The notes beneath the pieces were generated by a model. That model did not search any database. It was not told the origin of the DNA and saw nothing but the letters and a program-made list of their open reading frames with translations. Below, piece by piece: positions 19,728 through 29,500 of a stretch of 64,000 bases of DNA. Within the stretch, counting starts at the first letter, position 1, and every line of letters begins with the position of its first letter. The position numbers were made by a program, and so were the translations under genes. This DNA comes from a virus (taxonomy: Duplodnaviria > Caudoviricetes), in the IMG/VR virus record IMGVR_UViG_3300028887_000067, positions 64,001 to 128,000 of that record; one strand, written 5' to 3'.

Positions 19728-21314
19728 ATGAGACCTAGGCACTACAAAATAATGCTCCCCGAGCCTGTCCTTGCGGACCTGAAGACCGTCATAGCGGACT
19801 ACTTCAAGGTCGAAGGCGTGTCCAAACGGACAAAAACATTTGTGGATAGCTTGGCCTTTTTCCTCTCCGTCGTCACCAAGTCCCTTATTTCCGACCACAA
19901 GAAGAACGAAGTGTCATCCCTCGACCACAGGGTGCCGAAGGACCACTGGTGTACCCATCTCTACTCCCCCATACTTCGTAATATCTTCGGTAACGGCTAC
20001 ATTGAAGTGGTGGAATTCCTTGTCCAGCATGGATTTATAGGCCGTTCCGGGCATTACGAGAAAGGGAACGCCAATACCCGTGGCAAGAGCAAGGCGTACT
20101 GGTTTACATCGAAATACGGTACGTACCTTGCCAAGTACCTGAATAGCCGTTCGCTGAAGAAGTACTCGAACGAGTCCGTCAAGGTGGTCGGAAAGATGCG
20201 TGCCTACACGATAACGTCCAAGACCGTTCTTGACCGCTGGTTCGGCGTACTCTCGGAACGCAAGTTTGTTTCCAGGATGGATCCCGTGGTCGACGCCTGT
20301 TATGAGAACCTGGAGCACTTCTCCATCGATATGAAGGCGGCTGACTCCACGATAGCGAAGCTGCGTTCCGAAGGCAAGATGTCGAAGTACAAGGAGCGTC
20401 TGGAACGCGAGAAGATTAAGCGTTTCAACGAGTCCTCGACCGAGCCGTACGCAATGTACGTCAAGCACGACAGGTATGGCCGAATCCATACCAACGTGAC
20501 CTGTATGAAGAAGGAACTCAGGGCGTCGGCACTTCGCTGTGACGGGGAATACGTGGCCGAAGTTGATATCAAGTCGAGCCAGATTGCCTTCCTAGTCCCC
20601 ATATTCAGGCGTTTCATCGATATTTACCGTGGAAAGGTCGAGATGAATGAGGACTCCTTCATCCAGTTCAGGCCGTTCTGGGCCGATGGGATGCAGGATA
20701 GTGTTCTCGAGAAGATGGACATAGAGCTGGGCCTGTTCGAGCACCTTGTGAAGACTCATTCGGTCTACGAATACTTCATGAAGGAGCTGAACGACGATTA
20801 CGAGCTCGATATGGTGGTGGACAGGAGCATTGCCAAGGACGGCGTCGTGTCGTTCCTGTTCTCGCCTCGCTATTTCGACGAGGAAAAGGAGCCGGTGCGT
20901 GCCGCCGTCAAGCGCTCGTGGGAAGAGAACTTCCCGACGCTACTTACTTGCCTCTACTCGATGAAGCACAATTGCCACGCCGCGCTCGCCTACGAGCTGC
21001 AGAAGGTCGAAAGCGACTACATCTTCTACAAGGTATGTCCGAGGATTACCCGCGAACTGGGTTGCCCGTATTGCACGGTTCACGACTCGGTCATCGTGCC
21101 GAAGCGTTTAGGGGCCCGTCTGCAGTCCATAATGGACGAGGAGCTTGCCAACCTTGGCATCCCGACAGTCACCGATGTTGAGTACTACGACATGGTGGAG
21201 GCATCCATGCCCTACCTGCCGGACGAGTTCTTTATCGACGAAATGAAGTTGCGCGGTATCAAGACGGTCGATGTCGACGATTTGATCGATTCGGTGGAAT
21301 ATCCGGAAGAATGA
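19728..21314 (+). CDS. Family-A polymerase / T7-RNAP superfamily protein (TV-Pol-like) with a putative N-terminal winged helix
   Basis: DRYGRIHT, motif A EVDIKSSQ, motif B RSIAK...FLFS, ELQKVES and motif C TVHDS. No exonuclease motifs seen. Confidence 0.65.
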   Translation: MRPRHYKIMLPEPVLADLKTVIADYFKVEGVSKRTKTFVDSLAFFLSVVTKSLISDHKKNEVSSLDHRVPKDHWCTHLYSPILRNIFGNGYIEVVEFLVQHGFIGRSGHYEKGNANTRGKSKAYWFTSKYGTYLAKYLNSRSLKKYSNESVKVVGKMRAYTITSKTVLDRWFGVLSERKFVSRMDPVVDACYENLEHFSIDMKAADSTIAKLRSEGKMSKYKERLEREKIKRFNESSTEPYAMYVKHDRYGRIHTNVTCMKKELRASALRCDGEYVAEVDIKSSQIAFLVPIFRRFIDIYRGKVEMNEDSFIQFRPFWADGMQDSVLEKMDIELGLFEHLVKTHSVYEYFMKELNDDYELDMVVDRSIAKDGVVSFLFSPRYFDEEKEPVRAAVKRSWEENFPTLLTCLYSMKHNCHAALAYELQKVESDYIFYKVCPRITRELGCPYCTVHDSVIVPKRLGARLQSIMDEELANLGIPTVTDVEYYDMVEASMPYLPDEFFIDEMKLRGIKTVDVDDLIDSVEYPEE

Positions 21315-21348
21315 TGTAGTTTCATAGGTAGCGACCTTCGAGATACCT

Positions 21349-21831
21349 ATGAACTATACGCATATCCGAAACATTGTATTCCAGAACCAACCGCAGATAG
21401 GGAAGGTTCCCGGCGAATCCGGTCTTATACTCGAGGACGACCTTGTCGTCGATATCAAGCTAGAGTACAGGGAAAATGTAGGCGGAATTGATATAGTCGA
21501 CAACGACGAGCACAGAGTAATCGTGTACAAGGGACTAGTACTTGAGCGCCATCCATTTCCGAAGTGGTTGTGCTGGATCTTAAAGATGTCAGGCGTGGAA
21601 CTTAATCCGGCCCTGTCGCTGATTCACAAGGCCCTGTATGAGGAAGGCGGTCTGGAAGTCTACTCGCGTGAACAGGTAGACCGCCTCTGCATAGACTCGA
21701 TGCTTGGCAATATAAAGAATCCCGTCAAGAAACTGCTTCTCGATATGCTGATGGAGATGTTTGTCGGTTCGTCTCTTGCTTGGAAACGGGACGGGGATTC
21801 GACTAAGTACGCAATGATTGAGCCGATTTAG
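21349..21831 (+). CDS. Hypothetical protein
   Basis: 160-aa ORF preceded by TGATGTAGTTT. Confidence 0.7.
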   Translation: MNYTHIRNIVFQNQPQIGKVPGESGLILEDDLVVDIKLEYRENVGGIDIVDNDEHRVIVYKGLVLERHPFPKWLCWILKMSGVELNPALSLIHKALYEEGGLEVYSREQVDRLCIDSMLGNIKNPVKKLLLDMLMEMFVGSSLAWKRDGDSTKYAMIEPI

Positions 21832-22856
21832 TCCGGCAGTGCGAGCGGGGATTTCCTCAGGATTTCGTCGTCATCCGCGTCGTAGTCGTCAGATGGTTCC
21901 TCGTCGACCGGCACGTCATACATGTCCAGGTTAGATTCCTCGTCATAATCGACCATGTGGTTCGGCTTCGGCTCGGCTCCGAGTAGGCCCAGCGTAGGGT
22001 CTTCCTTCGCCAGTTCGGAGGGTTGTCCGGGTTCGGACTTGTCGGAATCGCCAAGGACATCTTCGGTTGGGTTGTCCTTGATTTCTTCAGCCGGCTGTTG
22101 TCCCGGTTCGATGTTGTCGGCGAGCGCGTCCAGTACTTTCTGGGTATCTTCCGTTTTCATACCTGGAGCAGTGTCGAAGGTGTCCATCGCTTCCTTTTCT
22201 TCCGGCTTCTCGGCATCTATCCGTTCTTTCACGTCTTCGGCGTTATTTCCGATTGGCAGCTCTTCGCGTTTAGGTTCTGGTTGTGGCCTTGCTTCGGGCG
22301 TGTAGCCACGGACGTCCTTCATTATGGTAGCGGCGTTCGTGAGGACTCCGGCGCAGGCAGCAACGAGATGCTTGCACAGGGTGTTCTTGTGCTTCGGGTC
22401 GCGTACCGACGGGTTGATGTCCTCGCCCTGGTCGTCGGCCACGTCGTCGGCGTGGTGGTCGGCCGAAAGGCTCTTGTGGATATGCTTCATGTTGTACTTC
22501 ATACCCGCCCAGTTGAAGTCGGGACAGCTACAGAAACACTTGACGTCGGCGTCCTTCAGGGTCTGTACCCTGTCGGCGAGCTTGGCCTTGGCCTTCGCTA
22601 TGTTGAACAGCGTAGTATCCTTCGGAATGATGTCGATGAAGCAAGTGTAGGACTTGGACGGGTCGGATTGCGAAGGAATCGACCATTCTAGCACGGCGTT
22701 GCCCTGTCGGTCAGCCTTCACTCCCTTGTAATAGTGCTGGAGCTTCTTTCCCTTGGACAGCCTCTTGGGATCGACCTTCTTGACGAAGAAGGCCGCATTG
22801 GCTTCCAGTTGGGCTTTGCCTTGTGACAGCTGCGAAAGGAAAAGGTTCTTGTCCAT
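21828..22856 (-). CDS. SWIM zinc-finger protein with acidic tail
   Basis: VKCFCSCPDF...LCKHL (CxC-x-CxH). Confidence 0.75.
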   Translation of the reverse strand: MDKNLFLSQLSQGKAQLEANAAFFVKKVDPKRLSKGKKLQHYYKGVKADRQGNAVLEWSIPSQSDPSKSYTCFIDIIPKDTTLFNIAKAKAKLADRVQTLKDADVKCFCSCPDFNWAGMKYNMKHIHKSLSADHHADDVADDQGEDINPSVRDPKHKNTLCKHLVAACAGVLTNAATIMKDVRGYTPEARPQPEPKREELPIGNNAEDVKERIDAEKPEEKEAMDTFDTAPGMKTEDTQKVLDALADNIEPGQQPAEEIKDNPTEDVLGDSDKSEPGQPSELAKEDPTLGLLGAEPKPNHMVDYDEESNLDMYDVPVDEEPSDDYDADDDEILRKSPLALPD

Positions 22857-22858
22857 AT

Positions 22859-24454
22859 TTATCCTAGTTCGAACAGGTTCTCGCGTTCGTCCGAATTGAC
22901 GAAGTAGCCGATGGTGTTTCCGGTGGCTTGGTCGACCGACTTGACGAAATACATATCGTTGAGCAACGGCTTCGGCGTGATGCGGATTTTTTCCTTAGCG
23001 GAACCCTTGCGCTGTACCAAGATGTAGAACGGCAGGATTCCCTTGTGCTCCTTAATGAAAGCTTGGAGCAGTGCCTGCTTGAACGGAGTTCCACCTTCGG
23101 ACGCCGCCTTGAACGCGTCCTTGGATATCGACGACTTGATGTTGGATATATCGGCGTCGGACATGTATCTAGTGTACTTGGAAAGGCCTTCGGGTGACGA
23201 TGGTGTCACCACGGTGTAGAACTGTTTCAGGTACGGGACAGATACCTCGATGGGGTCCTGGTCGATGAAGTCCTTGGCTTCTTTTTTTCCACCGTTGAGA
23301 ACCTTGTCGAGCAAGCCTTCCACAATGGGAGTTCCGTTCTGTTCGGTAGATTCCTGGATATTTGCCGACCTCGTGTTGATTGGACGGACTTCGATGCGCT
23401 GGTTGCCTTCTTCGTCACTGTTGCCGTTGAACAATGTTGCAATTTCGCTGATCTCGTTAATCTTGAGTGGCTTGTGGACAACCGGAATGCACTTGGAACG
23501 GCCGAGCACCCTGATACGCTTGATGAGGCGTTTCCAACCGCCGAGCGCAATTCTCGACCCGAGCGAGTTCGCTATGTCGGTCGACTTTGTTTCCTTGACG
23601 AATTCGATTGCGAGTTGCTTGAGGTAAGAAAGGTCTGTCTCGCGGAGCATATCCTTGATTGTGTCGCTACCAAAATTGATCAGGGGGAATCCGAAGCGGT
23701 TCGTCGTGCAGTGGTCGCCAAGTTTCATCGGCGCCTCGTTGAACCCTCTCGGAACCTTGATTATGCCGACCGATTCCTTTGTCCGTATGAGGTCCGACGC
23801 GCTCGGGTAATGCAGCTCGGCGTGATCGGTATCGTTGAACTTGTTGATGAAATCCTTGATCAGGTTGCTGATTCCGTAGGCACTGTTGCTGGCCTTGGAT
23901 ATTACGCTTGGCTTGAGATTATTGTTCTTGATTTCCCCGTCGAGAAGCATGAACAGCTTGTTCATCTCTTCCGGATTGTTCTTGAAAATCTTTTCGATAT
24001 ATTTGGCAACCTTCGGATATTCTTGCTTGAACAGGGTCGGCTCTTCCGGCTCAGGTTCAGGTTCTTCCGGTTGCGTGTCGGGTGCCGACGTTTCCTGGGG
24101 TTTCGGTTCCTCAGGCGTTTCGGCGGCTGGCTTTTCGGTAACTTGCGGTTGTTCTGATTGCGGCTGTTTCGTTTCCTCGGCCTGCGGTTTATGATCGGAT
24201 TGTGCGGAGACGTCCGCCTGCTTCGGTTCGTCGGCCGGCTTGTTCTTTTCAATGGGCTTGTTCACGTTGACAGTTTGCCCGTTACCATCGGCAACTGCTT
24301 CCATGGTGGGACGCGGATCTATGCCGGCCTCGATGGTTTCGATAATCGACACCATGCCGTCAACGCCGACAGCGTCGACATCCTGCTCGAAATCGGCCGG
24401 GTCTTCGCTCATGTCGATAGAGCTGAACAATTTCTGTAAATTCTGGTCTGCCAT
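22859..24454 (-). CDS. Late protein, paralog of 24532-26475 (putative internal head protein)
   Basis: Shared C-terminal motifs with its neighbour. Late motif at 24479-24487; ATG 24454. Confidence 0.55.
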   Translation of the reverse strand: MADQNLQKLFSSIDMSEDPADFEQDVDAVGVDGMVSIIETIEAGIDPRPTMEAVADGNGQTVNVNKPIEKNKPADEPKQADVSAQSDHKPQAEETKQPQSEQPQVTEKPAAETPEEPKPQETSAPDTQPEEPEPEPEEPTLFKQEYPKVAKYIEKIFKNNPEEMNKLFMLLDGEIKNNNLKPSVISKASNSAYGISNLIKDFINKFNDTDHAELHYPSASDLIRTKESVGIIKVPRGFNEAPMKLGDHCTTNRFGFPLINFGSDTIKDMLRETDLSYLKQLAIEFVKETKSTDIANSLGSRIALGGWKRLIKRIRVLGRSKCIPVVHKPLKINEISEIATLFNGNSDEEGNQRIEVRPINTRSANIQESTEQNGTPIVEGLLDKVLNGGKKEAKDFIDQDPIEVSVPYLKQFYTVVTPSSPEGLSKYTRYMSDADISNIKSSISKDAFKAASEGGTPFKQALLQAFIKEHKGILPFYILVQRKGSAKEKIRITPKPLLNDMYFVKSVDQATGNTIGYFVNSDERENLFELG

Positions 24455-24500
24455 AAACAAGTCTGCACGTTTGATTGCAGTTTATAAGGTTCACGGCATT

Positions 24501-24529
24501 AAAAAAGCCTTGCTTGGCGCAAGGCTTTT
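24501..24529. terminator. Terminator after 24532-26475 (symmetrical)
   Basis: AAAAAAGCCTTGC-TTGGC-GCAAGGCTTTT. Confidence 0.85.
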
Positions 24530-24531
24530 GA

Positions 24532-26475
24532 TTAGTTGATGTCGGAGTAGAGCTTGCTCGCGTCCTTCTTCTCGATGAGGAAGCATCCCCTCTTATTTCG
24601 GAACATCGCCTTCAGCATCACGCAACGGATACCGCCGAACAATGCCGAGAACAGGGTTCCGGGTTTAACTTCGCTCCGGCTGAACTTTGCTTGTTTTGGC
24701 ACGAGAATATAGTAAGGAACCGTGTCGTCGTTGTTACGTATTTCCTCAAGCAGCTCGGACTGGGTAAGTCCGTCGGAATACTTGGCATAGGTCCGGAACG
24801 ACTTGGTATAGTCGAGTACGTCGTAGAAGTTCTCAAGAAATTCCCTGGGCACGTCGACACTACCTTCGAACTCTGGGTCTACGCTGAAATACTTGATTGG
24901 GGTGACATTGATTGTGTCTTCCTGTTCGAGGTTATCAGTATCGACGCGTAGATAGTTCGGGACGCAGATGGTTCCTGGGTCGATGGCGAACTTCTTGAGC
25001 AGTTCAAGAGACGCTCCATAGATGGCGCTCCAGATTCCGCCGTAACGCTTCTTGGCCTCCTTGAGCATTGCCTTGATCTTCTTGAAAGTACGCTTGCGGT
25101 CGGCCTCGTCGTTGGTACGGAACAGGTGAACCATGGCCTCGCTACTGAAATTGAGGAATGGATAACCGAAGTCAGTAATGACCGGCGTGTTCCAGACGGA
25201 TACATTGACCTGTCGACCGAATCCCTTGGGCATTTTGAACACGAGCGGTGCTTTCGCCTGACCCTGCGGGGCCGGTGCGCTCTGTTGAACGGGCTGGGCT
25301 GGAGTAGGTTCTTCCGGGGATTTGCCTCCGTGGATGGCGTTCAGAGTGTCGAAATCCGCAGGGTCGTACGGAACAGGTTCCGAGGGTGTCTGAGTAGGCG
25401 TCGGTTCCTGCGTCTCGACAGGGGCCTTCGTAGCCTTGTTTTTAGGACGCACGGGTTTGGCTACGCCCTGTTTTGTTGTGGGCGCTTTGGGTGGTTCCTG
25501 AGGTGGAACGGGTTCTGGTGCCGTCGGCTTTTCGACTGGGGCTGGTACGGGCTCGGGTGCTTTAGGCGGTTCTGCAGGAGCGGGCGTAGGAACTGGCTCG
25601 GGCGCTTTCGGCTTCTCAACCGGTGTTGGTACGGGCTCGGTCACCTTCGGCTTTTCTACAGGGGTTGGTGCAGGTTCAGTTGCCTTCGGCTTCTCAACCG
25701 GGGTTGGAGCAGGCTCAGGTGCCTTCGGCTTCTCAACCGGTGTTGGAGCAGGCTCAGGTGCCTTCGGCTTCTCAACCGGGGTTGGAGCAGGCTCGGGTGC
25801 CTTCGGCTTCTCAACCGGGGCTGGGACAGGCTCAGGTGCCTTTGGCTCTTCGACCGGGGTTGGAGCAGGCTTGGGTGCCGTCGGCTCTTCGACCGGGGCT
25901 GGCGTGGGCTCTTGTGCTTTCGTCGGTTCTGCGGGAGCAGGTTCCGGTGTGTTTTTAGGTTCGACCGTGGAGTTCGGCATCACGACCGGATCCGCCTTTA
26001 CGAAATCTCCCTTTGCCGGTTGGCCGGCTTTTTTCCCGGTAGGAGCCTTGAAGTCGTTAATCCCAAGTTTTCCTTCCCCGCCGTTGGCTACATTCTTGAA
26101 GGAATCCCAATCGATGTTCTCGATGTTGTATTCCTTGTTGGTCAACAGGAGGGTGAGAATGGACTTGCTGTCCTGTTTGCTCTTGCCGATGATATGGGCA
26201 AGCGTCGCTGCGTTCGCGACTTGGCGGATAACGGCTTCGTCGCCGGCTGAGGGATCGACCCGCTTTTCCATAATGAACGCAAGGTTATTGATAAGGAACA
26301 GGGGAAGGCAGATGTTCCTGACTTCCTCGTCACCTTTTGTCCTCTGCGAGTTCAAACCAACTACTTCGCTGGAGTCGAGCCCCAGTTTTGCGAGAATCGA
26401 CTTGATGTCGGCTTCGAGTTGCTTGCGTGCGTCGCTTCCGACCGTCTTGAGTTGGGCAAAGAGTTTCTTATCCAT
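24532..26475 (-). CDS. Late protein with Pro-rich repeat linker, paralog of 22859-24454
   Basis: 647 aa; late motif at 26502-26510. Confidence 0.55.
   Translation of the reverse strand: MDKKLFAQLKTVGSDARKQLEADIKSILAKLGLDSSEVVGLNSQRTKGDEEVRNICLPLFLINNLAFIMEKRVDPSAGDEAVIRQVANAATLAHIIGKSKQDSKSILTLLLTNKEYNIENIDWDSFKNVANGGEGKLGINDFKAPTGKKAGQPAKGDFVKADPVVMPNSTVEPKNTPEPAPAEPTKAQEPTPAPVEEPTAPKPAPTPVEEPKAPEPVPAPVEKPKAPEPAPTPVEKPKAPEPAPTPVEKPKAPEPAPTPVEKPKATEPAPTPVEKPKVTEPVPTPVEKPKAPEPVPTPAPAEPPKAPEPVPAPVEKPTAPEPVPPQEPPKAPTTKQGVAKPVRPKNKATKAPVETQEPTPTQTPSEPVPYDPADFDTLNAIHGGKSPEEPTPAQPVQQSAPAPQGQAKAPLVFKMPKGFGRQVNVSVWNTPVITDFGYPFLNFSSEAMVHLFRTNDEADRKRTFKKIKAMLKEAKKRYGGIWSAIYGASLELLKKFAIDPGTICVPNYLRVDTDNLEQEDTINVTPIKYFSVDPEFEGSVDVPREFLENFYDVLDYTKSFRTYAKYSDGLTQSELLEEIRNNDDTVPYYILVPKQAKFSRSEVKPGTLFSALFGGIRCVMLKAMFRNKRGCFLIEKKDASKLYSDIN
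25490..25950 (-). repeat. 39-bp coding tandem repeat (PAPTPVEKPKAPE), about 11 copies
   Basis: Repeated GCCTTCGGCTTCTCAACCGG(G/T)GTTGGAGCAGGCTC units. Confidence 0.95.
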
Positions 26476-26501
26476 GTATACGATGCCGTTGATTTACGTG
26501 T

Positions 26502-26548
26502 AGTTTATAATTTTGTCGGGATGTCAAGGTTCGTGGACATTATAAACT
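26502..26548. promoter_or_regulatory. Divergent pair of late-type promoters
   Basis: TTATAAACT on the minus strand (26502-26510) and on the plus strand (26540-26548). Confidence 0.8.
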
Positions 26549-26574
26549 ACGGGTAAGTTTTTGATGGTTGGTAT

Positions 26575-29500
26575 ATGAATCGTCCGTTAATTGAGGCATG
26601 GGACTTGAATACGATCAACGTGATGTTCCGTAACGCGTACGAACAGTTGATGAATGTCATTGGTGTCGGAAAGCTCGATGACGAGTCTCGACCGAGCGCC
26701 TATGCCCAAATTAGCTCGAAGACTATGGTCGGTGCAATTCTCGACCAGGTCGCCGCTCAAGTAGACTTTGCCAAATATAGTGGTGCAGTCCGTTATGCCG
26801 ACAGCACTTATATGTCCCGTAGAATCATATACCTTGTCGCCTGTATGATCCCTGCGGTTGCCGAATACTTTGCCAACCTGTTCGGCTCCATTGCATCTGA
26901 ATATCGTGGCGATGACCGAGCCAAGGCAGTTTTCGCGAGAAATTGGTTTGTGCAGCTTGCGGAAACCGCCCGTGTTCAAGACCGAGACAACCCTCTTTGC
27001 CAAGCTGCGGACGTGTTCGCGAAGTCTATGTACGACACTGTCAAGACCGGCGTCAAGTCCCGCCGGCAGACTGCTGTTGATGACGACAATACGGCAAATG
27101 CTGAAGTGACTAAAATTCTTGATGGGCTCACTGCCGACATGAATGAAACTCGTAACATGGTTTACGACATTCTTAGGGCCGTAGACCTTTCTCCCGATTC
27201 GGTATCGTCCGACCGAGTGAGCAAGGTCGTGTGGGTCATCTATACGCTTAAAGTTCTTGAAGCATACAAGGAAACCACATATAAGCAAAACAATCGCCGT
27301 ATTGATACATATAGCGGTATATTGTCGCACGCGCTTTTGTCTGAACCCGGAATATCGGGTGTCGCCGGTTCTGACTATGTACTGAAGTCGTTCCAAAACG
27401 ACACTGACGTAACCAATCAGCACGCGACGCTGTCCGATACTACCCGGTTTACCGCGAAGACCGTTGTGAAGCTGTTTGTCGGAAACTTTTCCAAGATGGT
27501 CGCACTATACCCGGCGTCGGCCAGTACTGGTTTTTCCGGACGTCCTGATAGGGTCAGTCGTAACGATATAATGAATGCCGTACAACTGATTTTTAACCAT
27601 CTCAGCCCGCGTATCAAGAAGGAACAAGTCACCCCCGAGTTCGTTGATAACTACATCCGTGATACCTTGTCACTGGATACGAGGCTCGCTCTTAACGTCC
27701 ACGACAAGATTACCGAGTATATGTTTGAAGGCGGCGCAAATGGCTTGAAGGAAACATTGACTGCTCAATACAAGAGTTCCGCCTATGCTGACCGAATCAT
27801 CAATGAGGTCGCTAGTTGCTTGATTTTTGTTGGCGACGACCAGGTGCTTGGACACCCGTATATGCCGGAAGAAATTTATTGCTTTGGTGAGCAGGGCTCC
27901 AACGACCGTGTCAAGACCAGCGGTCTTACGACTATCGGTGAACAAGTTGCAATTATTATGGTTCCGGATGGCGAATCTGTTCATGTGCATCAGATTAATC
28001 CGAGAACGAAATTTATGTCTGACGACGGGATTGGCGATAACTTCGGCGCCGAAGATATCGTCAGCTATGACGAAATCAAGGCAAAAGGCGATTCCTATGT
28101 GTCGCCTATCCTGGTACTTCTCCCAATTTCTGAGAGCATCTATGGCTGGTGTGCGCTTTCCGGCATTCAGGCTTTCTCGAAACTTGAGGGTGATGATTTT
28201 CAGGATGCTCGCGAAATCAACCCGGTGAACACCGAGATGGAACGTCGTATCGCCGCAAGCAAGCCGATTAACTTGGCTATATACGGCGGTAAGGGTGATG
28301 TCCGAATTGACCACTATGCGCAGAACAGCTCGACGCCGGACAAGTATGCGATGCGTAGTATTGTAGCGAGTTTGAATACCGAGGATATGCGAAGGAAAAT
28401 GGTCCGTACTGGACTTGCTTCTCCTAGCGATTCGGATCAAGATTATGTTGACAAAGCAGCGACCGTCATCAAAATGTGCAATGCGGTCGACAAGGCGGCT
28501 GGCGACGGCGCCGGGAAGAATATGGGTCAGAAGCTGACCGATATAGCGGCTATCGCTAAGGAATATACCGGCGCTGTAAACCAGTATATCAGTGATTGTC
28601 CGGCTGTAATGGAACGAGGCCTTGCTAACATTGTGCAGCAAAAGGTTTACTCGGTTGGACCGACTATTTCCCAGATGATTACGTTTGGGGATATTGCCGT
28701 TCGTGCCTCCGTTGCTCGATTTGCCTGCGAGTTGATGAAGGACGAGGATTCCGACACCTCGGGTCAAATTGATATGGCTATCCGCTTTCTGTTCAATGCG
28801 GTTGCTGTTGCCGATTATCTGAAGGGCAAATACAAGACCGGTGAAGAAATCGCCAAGAATCAAAAGGCTCTTGGACATGTGAAGACCTTTATGGAGCAAT
28901 ACGGGCAGTTTGTCCGTTGGGCGTCCGAGAATGTTCCTGAACTCAAATCGGAATTGAAGACGATTGACGAGGCCGTTGAATACGGAAATACTGATGACGC
29001 GATTAAGTTGCTTGTGGATCCTACTAGCGTTCAGCGTTGGACGTCATGGATATCGAAGTGCTATGGGTATGCCGTATCGAAATCCGGCGGGATGCAGAAT
29101 CAGGTCTATGCCGAGCTCATTAAGAATATTGAACACTTGTTGAACTCTTGGTCCGGGGTGGTCAACTCGATTAAAACACGTGGATTGACTACGGCGGATA
29201 TAGGCCAGGTGCGCAATATTCTCGTGAACCTTTCCGGCAATCAGGGCGGGTTTACAAAGTTTAATGAAATGTATACGCCGACGCAGCTGTTGATTACGTT
29301 GCGTAAGATTGGCCATATTAACACGGCCGAGGAGGAAACTGTCGATACTCAGGAAATGAACCTGAACAACATCGACCTTTCCGATACCCGCGAGGCCGCG
29401 CCCGTATCCGTGTTTGATCCGGAAAATAAGAACGCGCTTGACCTTGAGCTTGCTAATCGTCAGATTACCGGTGATTCCGGTACCGAGTTGTACACGGGTC

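Noticed and set aside
25490-25950. Possible CRISPR array
   Set aside because: In-frame 39-bp coding repeats with no unique spacers.
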